From: Glaucostegus cemiculus
Lineage: Eukaryota
Reading direction: 5' to 3'
DNA length: 64,000 nucleotides
Assembly: GCA_976551045.1 (NCBI GenBank)
Contig: CDPCPM010000479.1
Location: 496,001-560,000 of the forward strand
Below are positions 37,406 through 50,469 of this stretch, piece after piece. The position numbers were made by a program, and so were the translations under genes. The notes beneath the pieces are model-generated. The model made no database searches and was not told the DNA's origin. It saw nothing but the letters and a program-made list of their open reading frames with translations. Position 1 is the first letter of the stretch. Every line of letters starts with the position of its first letter.

Positions 37406-39059
37406 GATATGTTTTTTAATTTAAATGTTTTTAATTGTAAAATGTACTTAGGTGGTTGTTTTCTTTTAAACTGTAGTTTTAATTTTTTACAGCTTTGTAT
37501 GAATGCATCCATATATCAGAACTATTTAGTGTTTTGTCAGTTGGCTAAGTTAAAGTATATGGCTGTTGAAATACTCCTTTGGTATTTTCTAGAGTTGGTC
37601 TTTCTTTGGCTTGCTCCCCATGATGGCATTTGCACATAAGGTCCTTCTGTGGTGCAGAGCCTTGGAATCACTTCTATTCAGCATATTATTTTCAGGAAAT
37701 CTATACAAGAAAATAACAAGCATTTTTCTATATGTAAGTCAGCTGCAGTGAAGGTGGCTCATCGCTGACTGCAAATTCTGGGCCAATTCAGTGACATGTT
37801 CAATAGTGTGTTACTGTTAGATGAGAGAAAATGTACTTCCCTCCTGAAGATTCTTCTGGTTAAAAGTACATCAGTGATTTATAATTGAAGTTTGTGAACA
37901 AGGTGGGACCTAATAGATGATAATTTTGATAAGCTATGGAAATACAGGATTATTTTACTTGGCCTTAAGTGTGAAGTTGTAGTCATATTGCTGTGCTCTT
38001 GCATCAGTGCCGAGGTTGGTATCTGAAATATAAGTACTGAAGCAGAGCTGTAACATTCAACGCTGTAGAAATCCCAGACTTTATTAAACTCTCACTCTGC
38101 TGTCGTTTTTTCCTATTTTAGTGCTCCATCACTGCATACTAAGCTCATTTGCTGAATAACTATTTTTCTTTGCAGAGTTTGTTAGCCATTGTTGTTTTTC
38201 TTGTTCCTGATTTATAGAGCTCCATTTCCTAAAATACCAGAGCATGACATCTCACATCTCCAAACATGTAATTAACCCTTGTCTGCTCCATAGTTGCCCA
38301 CTATTCTGAGGTGTAGTTTTCCAGTCACAGGTTTGTACATCATACTCTATTTTGTATATTTCTAAAGCAACGCTGTTTTATCCTGGTAGAAACATTACTG
38401 TGATTTATGACTGACATGCCGATTTAAGAGTGAGAACTGAGTTATGGAGGAGCCTGTTGCAAGCAGCTTGTGCTCTTGTCTAGGTTTTAAAAAAAAACAA
38501 CCCTCATAAATCACAAAATAAGCTACTTTCATTTGAATCTGGATACCCTTTCAGAAATATTCCAGTCCTCAAAATAAGCTGCTGTGCAGTTTAATAGTTC
38601 CCACTGATTGTAGCAAAGGGAAAAGCTGTTATTTTTAAATTACATAAGGTGATAAATTATACCTTAAAAAATAAGCGAGTATATGAAACAGATTGTGAAA
38701 TGATGAAAAGCAAACATGTTTTGTTTCCCTAATAGAAAACTGGAACTTGTAAGGTAATGCATAATAAGCTAATTAACCAACAAGCTATGCTGAGTTGTAG
38801 GTGGTATGTCATCTTACCATATTTTTATTTCATTACATTTTTAAGACGTAGTCGTAAATATGTGTGATATTTTGGAATATTTCCTCCAAGGTTTATAGAT
38901 AAATATGGAAATTTAAAAACACAGTCATCACATTGCTAGTTTTTATTGTTCAGATTTAGCGGTAAGACTTCAGTAAACTATCTCTTCTCATTAGCCTTTT
39001 TAAAGTGTGGGAGTAGGAAATCCTATACCTTATGGGGGGGGGGGGGAACAGGGCCTTGA

Positions 39060-39420
39060 GGTTGTCAATACCATAATGCTACTTTTCCACTTTAGTCATG
39101 GGCCAGGAGATTCCCGGGAGTCAGTGGAGTTATTGCAGTCCTTCAGGGAAGCTATGAGCACAGTCTTGAATCTTTCTCTCTTTTTGCTTGCAATCTCCTT
39201 CCACCACAGAGTTCAGAATAGGGTGTCTCTTTTGAGTGTCCATTTCAATTCCCCTTCCCGTTCCCACACTGACTTGTCCATCCTTGGCCTTCTCTGCTGC
39301 CAGGCTGAAGCACACAACACAAACTGGAGGAACGACACCTCATATTTTGCCTGGTTGGTCTGCAACCCAATGGAATGAACATAGAGTTTTACAATTTTAG
39401 GTAACCCACCCACCCCTGGT
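39060..39420 (+). mobile_element. PLE GIY-YIG C-terminal fragment
   Basis: HFNSPSRSHTDLSILGLLCCQAEAH, followed by aaactggaggaacgacacctcatatt..caacccaatggaatgaacatagagttt. Confidence 0.8.
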
Positions 39421-39449
39421 GTTGTTTTTACCTTCAAGCCCTTTTCCTC

Positions 39450-39810
39450 ACTGGGCAAAAGGCTGTGCTGGCACATTGAAGGCTGTGGTGAGTTTTATCA
39501 TGAATGTCTGCTTTTGCTGAGAGTTGGCTGCTAAGGTATGGGAGGTGGTCCACGTTCTCCATCATGAATCTTTATTGTCAGAGGACAGAGTGGAGCAGCG
39601 GGGGCAGATTGGTACATCTGGCTGATGTAGAGTGTATGGCTCTGGTTTGGTCGACTAGTTGATGCATCAACTACTGAGCTTCGGTCACCTACATTCCGGA
39701 GTAAAATGTTGCCATAGGTTGAACAATTTCCCATTAATTCACCAATGGGAAATGTGTTAGAAGTCGGGTGCAATGTTGAAGCGAGAAAGACTGAGAAATG
39801 GCAACATGCT
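39450..39810 (-). mobile_element. RTE-clade LINE internal RT fragment, decayed
   Basis: Minus translation FSVFLASTLH..TIKIH then gagaacgtggaccacctcccataccttagcagccaactctcagcaaaagcagacatt (ENVDHLPYLSSQLSAKADI), resembling the RTE motif LENVDHFPYLGS. Confidence 0.65.
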
Positions 39811-39934
39811 GTGTAGTAAAATGAAAGATATATAGATTTTGTGCCAATTATAAATTGTGGGAGTTGAATGTGATGCTTTCCAGGTGTTACCATGGAGAAA
39901 GATATGCAGACTAGGCAACTCGGGGAAAGTTAAT

Positions 39935-41240
39935 GGGGATGTCTTGAGAATAGTGCGCATTACAGTAGAGGAGATGCTGGATATCTTATAGAATATGAAG
40001 GTAGATAAATCTCCAGGGCCTGATCAGGTATATCCACGAACACTGTGGGAAGCTAGAGAAGAAATTATGGGAGCCTTCATCATCGATGAGGTACTGGAAG
40101 ACTAGAGGGCGGCTAATGCTATGCCCTTATATAAGAAGGGTTGCAAAGAAAACCCTGGGAACTATAGACCAATAAGCCTCACATCTCTGGAAGGTTAGAT
40201 CACATGGGATAGCTAGCCAACTGAATGCAGAATTGGCGTGATGGTGGAAGGTTATTTTTTTTGGACTGGAGGCCCATGGTTAGTAGTGTGCCTTGGTGCT
40301 GGGCCCATTGTTGTTTGTCATCAGTAGCAATGATTTGAATGAATATGTGCAAGGCATGGTTAGTAAGTTTGTAGATGACATTAAATAGGTGGTATTGTAG
40401 ACAGTGAAGAAGGTTATCAAGAATTACAGCAGGATCTTGATTTGCAAGATAAGTGAGCTGAGGAATGGCAAATGCGGTTTAATTCTGATAAGTATGAGGT
40501 GTTACATTTTGGGAAGTCAACCAGAGTAGGACTTTCACAGTGAACAGTAGGTCGCTGGGGAGTGTTGTAGAACAGAGGGACCTAAGGGTACAAGTACATG
40601 GTTCCCTGAAAGTGGCGTCACAAGTAGATGGGGGTGAAGAAGGCCTTTGGCATATTGGCCTTCGTCAGTTGGGGCACTGCATCTAGATGTTGGGATGTTA
40701 TGTTGTAGTTGTACACGATGTTGGTGATGCAGCACTTGCATTATCATGTTTACTTTTGGTTACCCTGCTCCAGGAAAGATGCCATTAAGCTAGAAAGAGT
40801 GCAGAAAGATTTATGAGGATGTTGCCAGGACTTGAGGGTCTGAATTATAGGGAAAGGTTGGGCAGGCTTGGACTATATTCCTTGGAGTGTAGGAGACTGA
40901 GGGTGATCTTATAGAGGTGTATAAAATCATAAGGAACATAGGGTTAATGCATGCAGATTTTTTCCCCAGTGTTCGGGCATCAAGAACTAGCAAAGGTTCA
41001 AGGTGAGTGAGGAAAGGTTTGATAGGAACTTGAGGGGCAACTTTTTCCACAAAGAGAGTGGTACCATATGGATGAATCTAGCTCCCAGAGGAAGTGGTTG
41101 AGGCAGGTACAATAAGATCATAATGATAACAGGAGAAAATGCCAACATTTAAAAGACACTTGGACAGTACATAGATAAGAAAGATTCAGGTGGATATGAG
41201 CCAATTTCGGGCAAATGGGACTAGCTTAGATGGGTAAGTG
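39935..41240 (+). mobile_element. CR1 ORF2 3' portion with internal deletions
   Basis: DKSPGPDQVYPRTLWEAREEI, PGNYRPISLTS and VSKFVDD remnants, plus the CR1 3' tail. Confidence 0.88.
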
Positions 41241-41819
41241 GGTCGAAGAATGTCAGACAAAGTTTAATTCAGTTAAGTGTGAGGTGTTGAACTTACCACA
41301 TTTTATCCTCCCTGATGTTTGGGAATTGAACTGGATTGGGAGCAAACCTGAAATCTAGATAGAAAGCTCCCTGGAAATATTTGACCATGAACATGGACCA
41401 CATGAAAATCAGGTAGCACCCTGACTAAGTATGCTGCATTGAAGTAAAAGAAGAGCAACATTGGGTTGTGTGTAAAAAGCAGTATTCCCCATCAACTTCT
41501 CTCCTGGAGGGTTAAGTTAAAACTACAGTGAACTAAAGCCAGAAATAAAGTGAATGACTCAGAATGATCATTCATACACATAATGTAAGATTTGCCATAA
41601 CGTGAAAGATTATGTGACAAGAAGGACAATGCAGCAAAGCAAATGGGGGTGCATGAATAAAGAACAAATAGTAGAAGTGGGCTTCGAAATGCATACCTCC
41701 ACAAGGGATTGCAGTGCAACTAACCACCTTCAGAATGCTCAACCATTCTGACTAGTAATGGGACAAGTAAAGGCAAGTCTGAAAGACATGCAATTGGGAG
41801 CAGCAAAATTATTAGCAGT

Positions 41820-42110
41820 GCTGGGTATAAAAGCTGCAAAATGCCAAATTGAAAGATGAGGTGACATTTGTTGAGCTTCTATTGAGCTACATTGCACTAA
41901 TCTGGGAAGTAGAGGATAGGGAGATCAGAGAGGGTTAGAGAATTATAGTGACAAGCAACCGGAAACTCAGGGTCCCACGTGCAAACTGACTAGAAGTATT
42001 TTGAAAGTGATAACTGATCACAGTATGCTAATTTGAAAGAGTGTAAGTAAATTGCTGTTCCATTTGTAAGGATTATTGGAGCCTTGGATGGTGAAAATGA
42101 AGGAGTTGAA
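41820..42110 (-). mobile_element. Degenerate PLE GIY-YIG fragment
   Basis: aagatgaggtgacatt..tgagctt and attggagccttggatggtgaaaatgaagga are reverse-complement matches to the EQHLIF and TIQGPK regions. Confidence 0.55.
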
Positions 42111-42444
42111 TATTTATCTCTAACAGAAGGCTATTTCAATGGAGCAAATTTTGTTTTTGTTGTTAATGTGTATGTTTTTCTGTTTAATAAGTGCTATTGC
42201 ATTTTTTCAGTCACTTTCAATAACCTAGAAACTTAAGGGTTTGTGAAGGGATTTTAGTTTGATTTTTGTCTTATTTTAATTTCAGGAAAAGGGTAATTAG
42301 CTTGGGTGACAGGGCTAAGAGTAGCCAAGAAACTTGTTTTTTTGACATTAGATGTCATGACTATTAACTGAATACTTGCAATTTTTAGTTGATAATTGTA
42401 ATTATTATCAAGTGAAAGAAACTTGTGTAAAGTGAGTATTTATT

Positions 42445-43095
42445 TTTAGGGATCTGGGTGTTGCTGGCAAGGGCAGTATTTACTTCCCACCTGTGAGTGG
42501 CTAGCTAGACCACTTCAGAGAGCATTTAAGAGTCAACAACATTAATGGATTAAGGGGGCTGCCCAGGGCCGGAGGTGGTTGGCCTGTGGAGCCGGAGGTG
42601 GTTGTTGGACTGTGGGCCCGGAGGTTGTAGGACTGCGGGGCTGGAGGTGGTCGTCGGTGCGGGGTGAGGCTGGGGCTGGGAGATGTAATGTTGAGGTTCT
42701 GGGAGACGTGTTGTACCAGCAGACCGAAGTCCATGCGGCTCCAATGTTTTGATGTTTTTGTACTGTTGTCTTTTATTGTCTTTAATGTCTTTTGCACATT
42801 AGCCTGTGGAGTACGATATCTCGCCTTCATGTATGCTGTGTGTGTGTGTACATGAAAGTGACAATAAACTGATTCTGATTCTGAGTCAGATATAGGCCAG
42901 ACTGAGTAAGGATGGCAGATTTTTCCCCTGAACCAGATGGGTAGTCATTGTAACTGATGACATTTTTAAATTTCAGATGATTAGCTAAATTTAAATTCTA
43001 CAGATGCCATGATGGGATTTGAAGCCTGATCTCTGGATTGTTAGTCTAGGCCTGGATTACTAGTCCAGTAATTTAACTGCTATGCCACTGTATCC
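42445..43095 (-). mobile_element. Old tRNA-head SINE, split by a younger insertion
   Basis: Minus-strand head cagtggcatagcagttaaattactggactagtaatccag..ggcttcaaatcccatcatggca has A- and B-box-like motifs; the body appears to resume on both sides of 42552-42883. Confidence 0.65.
42552..42883 (+). mobile_element. GC-rich short retroelement with Rex-type (ctgatt)n tail
   Basis: CpG-rich, with ccggaggtggt repeats; ends gtgacaataaactgattctgattctga, like the Rex tail at 11782-11800. Confidence 0.6.
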
Positions 43096-45339
43096 AAAAA
43101 TGTGTGTACTATTTGCCAATTGCCATCGTGCTGTTCCTGTCTGTAATTAAAGCATTGTAGCTTCTTAATAAAGATTGGTGATTGATGAAATGCAAATGAA
43201 TAACCTAAATAGAAACAAGGTATGCCATAAAGAAGAGATGAACATAATAGATTCTCAAGATAACTACAATTTAAAATTTCCCTTGATTTTGTCATATATT
43301 TATGTGCCATCTTTTATTCTGTGATAGGGTTTAAATTGTTAATGATGGGGGTTATAATACTGCTTGTTCAGTGTGTGTGTGTCATTGAGGGGAATTTACA
43401 CCAGTCCTCTGAGAACTTTACAAGGAAGTTCCTGAGCGTGTTACATTTAATATTGTTTCACATATACAATACTTTTTTTATTTTTGCAGGAAGATTGTTG
43501 ACAATAAATGTGAGAGATTTATGATAATTACAATAATTTCCCTGGTACTGGAGGAAGTAACTACAAAAACAATTTTATCCATGGTGTTGAGGTTGGATAT
43601 TCTGAAAGCTACTGGATAATTGCAGTGACATTGTTGGACTGAAGGAGAAAATAATAATTTTATTAAATTAAAATATAATATGAGGAGATTTGGAGCTAAG
43701 TAGTGTAGAGGACTTTAAGAAGAAGTTAGCCAACTATATGAAGGAAAAAATAATAAAAGATGTGCAGAGAAGGTTAGATTAAATAAAATGGGAGGAAATA
43801 GAAGTGGAATATTAGCATAATTGCGGTGGTTGGTTCGAATGGCCTGCATCTTTGCTATAAATTCTGTATGACTGAATATGATGTAAGATTGCATTTCTTT
43901 TGGAGTAAATGTTCAATAAATCAAACTTTTTTAGTTAAAACTTCATATGCTACTATGGAGTACAAATGTACTAATTTAAGGTTTGGGTGATTTAAATTGG
44001 CATTAGGTGAATGTGGTGCAGCTTGTGTTACGCTTGGTGAGTTTCTGCCTTTCATTTATTGAAATAATAATTTCTGAACTGTACTGCTGCCTGACAGTGA
44101 GCAAAAATTGGAACCTGACTCACCTAACACATGCTGCTTGCGTGCATCTACCAGCAGAGTCAATTAATAGTCCCTCGCTTGAGCTACATTAATGCACAGC
44201 ATGGTATTACAACCCAGATTTTATTTTAAAATGATGACTATATTGGAAATTTATTCTGTTTAAGATTAAGTATAAGATTAATTCACATTTGTGTTGATCA
44301 TTCAACCATTTCTCTGTGCCAATCTTCCAACTGCATCCCATCCAGTTCTCATCCCACCATTGAATTAGAAATGCGTAAGTAATTTCTGGAGCTCGTCCAC
44401 CATGTGGGTATGCTGTTCTAGGTTGATTTTCATAGACGTACAGAAATTAATTCTGCCAAAATGATGGCAGCGAGCATGTACTGGAGATAAGATTTGGTGT
44501 AATGAATGGCTTTTTTTAATTACAGTAATCTTTACTGTTAAACATTAGTTGTCATTGACTCCCAAAATCTGAACTTTGCATACATGTCTGCTGTTCACAA
44601 CCCCTCAACAGAGGTCATACATTTTTAAACAAAAATTAAAACAATCACATACAAGCTGTTGGAATTGTGTTCCTTTTAACCTATGTCTTTTGCACTAAGT
44701 GGGAGACTGTCTCTTCCATTCTATTTGATCTTGAATATAATTATCTTCCAGCATTCATTGTCAGTTGCTCGCTTGCACTGACACTCAGATAGACTGTGTG
44801 CCCTTCTTTTTAATCTAGCGCTTGCTGAGTAACAAGGTTGTGCTGTCACAATTGGTTTCTACCATTTAAATTCATATTTATTAAACTTGAAATTGTTCCT
44901 GGTGAGGTTTTTTTGTGTAGTAGTTACCCTCGGGCAGTAAACAAGGACAGTGCTGATCAATGCATTGATTACTGGCAGGAGGTCCTGGGGCAGAATCTTC
45001 ATTGTGGCACAGAGGTTGCTGAGGCAGCAGCCTGTTGATAATTAAAGCTGTACTTGCAGCACACGTGAAGCCAAGCAGGCTGAGAAAGGAGTGAGTTGAA
45101 AAAGAGGGGTTTAAATGAAAGAATTTCAAATAGGATGAGTGAAATATCAAAATTGTAGTCAAAAGCAACCAAGGAGGTGCAGGAAAAAAATAATTATCTT
45201 AATTTCTGCTGCATTTATGACCCTTTTGTATTCTATTTTAAATGTTTGCCTTGTCTATATCACCTCAAATTTTTTAAGTATTGGCAAGGGAAACCAGTTT
45301 AATATCAGGTGTAAGGAAGCTTATGGAATATGCCAATAG

Positions 45340-45935
45340 GGGTAGAGTGTCAGTGCCCCTTGGCAAATGTGACCTAATTGGATTGAATCAACTTAAAATT
45401 AGTCAGACATTTAACATAATTGTTGGATATTTTTAGACCTAGGAGTGTCAGTGAACATTGTATGTGGATTTCCAGAAGAATTTGATAAGGTTCCAGAGAA
45501 AAGGATACTGGCAAAAAGAAGAGCACTAAACTAGAAGTAGTTTCTTAACATTTTGAAAATTGGTCATAGAAACTGGGGACAATGGGATTATAAAATATGA
45601 CGAATGTTTTTTTCCTCAGGGATCTGTCCTTGGGCCTCAGTGTTTCATCATTTTTGTTATTGATATGGATGATGGAATTGCATCCACATTTTCAAATGAC
45701 AAATTAAGATGATAGTATGAAGGGACTTGGAGAAATGATACATGATTATGATTGACAAAATTTACTGTTGGCATTTATGAGGCCATCTACTTTAGACCTA
45801 AGAAAGATAAATCACCATTTTCTAAATGGTTACAAACTGTAGAGGAGCAAAGATATTTGATGATCTGAAATAAGCACAACTGTTAAGCGAAAGACAAAAC
45901 AACGTTAGCCAAGGGGAACAGAATCTCAAATGGGA
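45340..45935 (+). mobile_element. Highly decayed CR1 RT fragment
   Basis: tatgtggatttccagaagaatttgataaggttcc (YVDFQKxFDKVP) and cctcagggatctgtccttgggcct (PQGSVLGP). Confidence 0.7.
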
Positions 45936-46097
45936 GGAAGTGATGATTCATTTGTATGGAATCTGTACTTGTATTCAGTTTTGGATACTCAGGAAGATTC
46001 AGGAGCTGATGTGCAAATCTACCATAGTGGGGAAGGAGTAGAGAAACTGGTGTAAGAAGATGCATTTTTTTCAGCTTGGAACTTAGACAAATGTAAG

Positions 46098-48700
46098 ATG
46101 CATAGAACAGTACAGCACAGTACGGGCCATTTGGCCCACAATGTTGTGCCGACATATATAAACCTACTCCATGATCAATCTAACCCTTCCCTCCCACACA
46201 GCCCATAACTCTCCATTTTTCTTACATCCACGTTTTTTAAGAGTCTCTTAAATGTCCCTATTGTATCAACCTTCACCACCACTCCTGGCAGTGCTTTCCA
46301 GGCACTCACCATTCTGTGTGTATTTAAAAAGAAAATCCTACCTCTGACATCTCTGCTAAATTTTTCTCCTCTGACCTTAAATGAATGCCCTCTGGTATTG
46401 GCCATTGCCGTCCTGGGGAAAAGATGCTGGCTGTCCACTCTATCCATACCCCTCATAATCTTATACACCTCTCTCAAGTCGCCCCTCATGGTGTGTTGCT
46501 CCAAAGAAAAGAGCACTTGCTCACTCAACCTTTCCCCACAAGACACGTTCTCTAATCCAGGCAACATCCTGGTAAATCTCCTCTGCACCCTCTCTAAAGC
46601 TTCTACATCTTTCCTTTAATGAGGTGACCAGAACTGAACACAATACTCAAGTGTGGTCTAACCAGAGTTTTATAGAGCTGCAATGTTATCTCATGGCTCT
46701 TGAACTCAATAATGAAGCACATCATACACCTTCTTAACCACCCTATCAACTTGCGTGGCAGCTTTGAGGGATCTATGGACTTAGACCCCAAGATCCCTGT
46801 GTTCCTCCATGCTGCTAAGAATGCTGCCATTAACCTTGTATTCCATCTTAAAGTTTGTTCTTCCAAAGTGTATCACTTCACTCTTTTCTGAATTGAACTC
46901 CATTTGCCACTTCTCTGCCCAACTCTGCATCCCGTCTGTATCCCATTGTAATCAACGACAACCTTCTACACTATCCACAACACCTTCAGCCTTCATGTCA
47001 TCTGCAAGTTTACTAACCCATCCCTTCAATTCCTCATCCAAGTCATTTATAAAAATCACAAAGAGCAGGGGTCCCAGAACAGATCCCTGCAGAACACCAC
47101 TAGTCACGAACCTCCAGGCAGAATACTCTCCATCTACTACCACCCTCTGCTTTCTGCCAATTCTGAATCCACACAGCCAAATCTCCATGGATCCCATACC
47201 TCATGACTTTCTGGATGAGCCCACCATGGGGAATCTTGACTAGCACTTTACCAAAGTCCATATACACCAAATCCACTGCTCTACCTTCATCAATTTGTTT
47301 TGTCACCTCCTTGAAAAACTCAATTAGGCTCATGAGGCATGATCTGCCCCTCACAAAGCTATGCTGACTGTCCCTAATAAGACTATTCTTCTCCAAATGC
47401 TTGTAAATCCTGTCCCTAAGAATCCTCTCCAATAGCTTGCCCACCACTGACATAAGACTCACTGGTCTATAATTGCCAGGATTAACCCTATTACCCTTCT
47501 TGAACAAGGGAACAACATTTGCAATCTTCCAGCAGCAGTCCCATGGCCAGGGAGGACACAAATATCATCATCAATGCCCCAGCAATCTATTTCCTTATTT
47601 CCCATAGTAACCTGGGCTATATCCCATATGGCCCCGGGGACATATCTATCCTAATGTTTTTCAGAAGCTCCAACACTACCTCTTTCATAACCTCAACATG
47701 CTCCAATACATTAGCCTGACCTCTCATTCCTCAAAGGCCCTCTCCCTAGTGAACACTGAAGCAAAGTATTCATTAAGGACCTCCGCCGCCTCCAGGCACA
47801 TGTTTCCCCCCTTTATCCCTGAGCGGTCCTACCATCACTCTAGTCATCCTCCAGTTTTTCACGTACATGTAGAATGCCTTGGGGTTTTCCTTAATTCTAT
47901 TCACCAAGGCCTTCTTATGTCCTCTTCTGACTCTCCCAAGTCCCTTCTTTAGCTCCTTCTTGGCTACCTTATAATTCTCAAGAGCCCTCACTGATTTTTG
48001 CTTCCTAAACCTTAAGTATGCTTCCATATTTCTCTTGACTAAATGTTTCACCTCTTTTGTCAATCATGATTCCTTTATCCTACCATCCTTTCCCTGTCTC
48101 TGTGAGGCAAACCTATCCAGAAACCCATACAAGTGTTCCCTAAACAGTCTCGACATTTCTGCTGTGCATCTCCTTGAGAGCATTTGTTTCCGATTTATGG
48201 TCCCAAGTTACTTCCTAATACCATTGTAAAAAGCCCTCCCCCAGTTAAAAACTTCTCCATATAGTCTGCTCCTATCCTTATCCATGGCTATGCTAAAGGT
48301 CAGGAAGTTTTGGTCACCACCTCTGAAATGCTCACTGACCGAGAGGTCCGTCACCTGACCTGGGTCATTGCCTAGTACTATGATCCAGTATGGCCTCTCC
48401 TCTAGTCAGCCTGTCCAGGTACTGTGTCAGGAATCCTATCTGGACACCTAACAAATTCTGCACGATCTAAACCTTTTGCACTGTTCCCTTAACTAAAGAA
48501 TCCCCTATCACTACCTCACTCCTCTTCTCCTTCCTTCCCTTCTGATCCACAGAGCCAGACTCAGTGCCAGAGACCTGGCAGCTATGGCCTTTTCCTGGTA
48601 GGTGTCCCGTTTCCATCACCACCCTCCCAAAAGTATCCAAAGCAGTATACTTGTTATTGAGGGGAACAGCCTCAGGGGTACACTGCACTGACTGCCTACT
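46098..48700 (-). mobile_element. CR1 LINE with large internal deletion (ORF1 fragment fused to the EN end), inactivated
   Basis: ORF1 piece TPEAVPLNNKYTALD..VVIGDSLVKGT; RT motifs ANVVPLFKKGNRVNPGNYRPVSL, TSGVLQGSVLGPLLFVIFINDLD..SKLADD and RGDLREVYKIMRG; 3' tail. Confidence 0.93.
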
Positions 48701-48844
48701 CCCTTAATACATAACATAACTGGATATCCTTGTCCATCTTTGAAATCATCTGCAGAACTGTACTACAAATACATGGTTCCACAGATCATGGTGGCATTCT
48801 TTGAACAAATCTGGATATTGCATAATATAATTAAGTTGCCCATA

Positions 48845-49030
48845 TTCTCCACTCTTGCACCCCCCTCCCCCTTCTCTTCTCAAAATCTGGTTCTACCTAT
48901 TGCCTACCAGCCCCTCACTTTTATATATGGGCTATCCCTTTGCCTCCATAGGTGCTGCATGATTTGCTAAGTTCTTCCAGCAGTTTTTTTGCCCCAGATT
49001 CCAGCATCTGAAGTCATTTGTGTTTCCATT
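48845..49030 (+). mobile_element. PLE 3' region/pLTR fragment lacking the hammerhead core
   Basis: ttttatatatgggctatccc..cctccataggtgctgcatgatttgctaagttcttccagcag..ccagattccagcatctg. Confidence 0.65.
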
Positions 49031-49544
49031 GTAATCAAGTCCACTGCTTAGCTACTGTTATCCAAATGTGCTCCTACCAGGAGTAATCTGATGACCATGA
49101 GGAGTTGGGTTCACAACAGATACATTTTCTTTCTTCTAACCTGACTACATACTTTTTCTTATGGGGCTACTAATGTAGAAGTATAATTCTACAGCAATTA
49201 AAAATACTCCAGTACCTTTTCCATTTGGCCATTGTTCTCTTGTGAGCTTAAACTAAGTGTTGATAGACTCCTTGATCTTGGAGGGCATCTCTGTTGAATG
49301 AGTTTTCACTTTGTCCAATGTACCCCAGATATACTCCTTTCCAGCAGAGGACATTAGGTAACTGGCTGATTCCTTTGTTTATCTATCTCCCACAAATATC
49401 ACAGCACTGCTAGTATCAATAGATAGAACATCAAGCTTAGCATTCTCTTTGTTGTGGCCTCACGTATCCCATGCTACTTTTACTTTGAGTCAAATAGAAA
49501 TGTTCCCTTTTCTCTGTCCCATGAGTTTGAGAACACTGTTTTTC

Positions 49545-49650
49545 CTTCTTCAATCCTGAAAAAGGGTCCTGACCTGAAATGTTTACCACCCGCTTTTCTC
49601 AACTGATGCTGCCTGGCCTGCCCAGCATCTGCAGTCCTTTGTTTCTCACT
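49545..49650 (+). mobile_element. Solo PLE pLTR with degenerate hammerhead (49551-49585)
   Basis: caatc-CTGAAAA-a-gggtcctgacct-GAAAT-gtt; then gatgctgcctggcctgcccagcatctgcagtc. Confidence 0.65.
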
Positions 49651-50469
49651 GTTTTTCCCAATGCATTCATTTAAAATGGAGCCAAGATGAAGATGCTTTC
49701 TCTCTGAATTTTATCTGAATAGTCTTAACCATGTTTCCAATGCATATGAGCCCACAGGATCAAACTACCTAAAGACTAGCAGTCAACTAGTGCTCTCATT
49801 TAGAAAGCCATAAGATGCAGATAGTGAGCAAATCAAATCACATGTGATCATTTTTGCTTAAGGCATTTAAAGCTGATCACATTAAGGCAGATCGGTGAAA
49901 CAGTATAATTATTTTAAATTCACCCTTGTCTATCCTTTTTCTGAGAGTGCTGGCAATTGATGGACAGTGAATACAAGAAATAAGAAGTGGTTTTGCTCCC
50001 CAAATTGACATCATCACTCTTGTGAATTTGTAATAGTTTTCTTAAAAGTGTGAAATTGAGTATTTACTTTGGTTTTGAAGAGTAATTAGATTTTGAAATG
50101 TTAATTCTATCCAACTTTTGTCTCACCTGCATAAGGTTTACTCTGCAGCAGCTGTACTCATTTACACTGCTCAACAAGAGCAGGACCTATGCATAATGCA
50201 GGTGATTGGAAATTGATTTTTATCCATCTTAATTTGCTGCTGCATCAGAATTTTTCTTGGATCAGACATTTATTTTGGGTTGAGTATATTTTAAAATGTC
50301 ACCACTTAGTACTACTAATTTGTCAAATGAATTAAAATTTATTGAGTAATTTCAGGATTACTCTCCAAGACATATTATCAATATAATGGATATTCTGGTA
50401 AAATTACCAGCTGTTCAGTACTTCCAAAATTGGGTTAGGCAGATTTAATATTTTTTTTAAAAACATCAT

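Noticed and set aside
37696-37733. Possible 38-bp micro-exon (ttttcag..gtaagt)
   Set aside because: Weak pyrimidine tract, weak exonic donor context and unrecognisable peptide; expected by chance in 64 kb.
42569-42655. Short spaced repeats as a CRISPR-like array
   Set aside because: Eukaryotic context, degenerate ~12-bp repeats with ~10-bp related spacers, and no cas genes.
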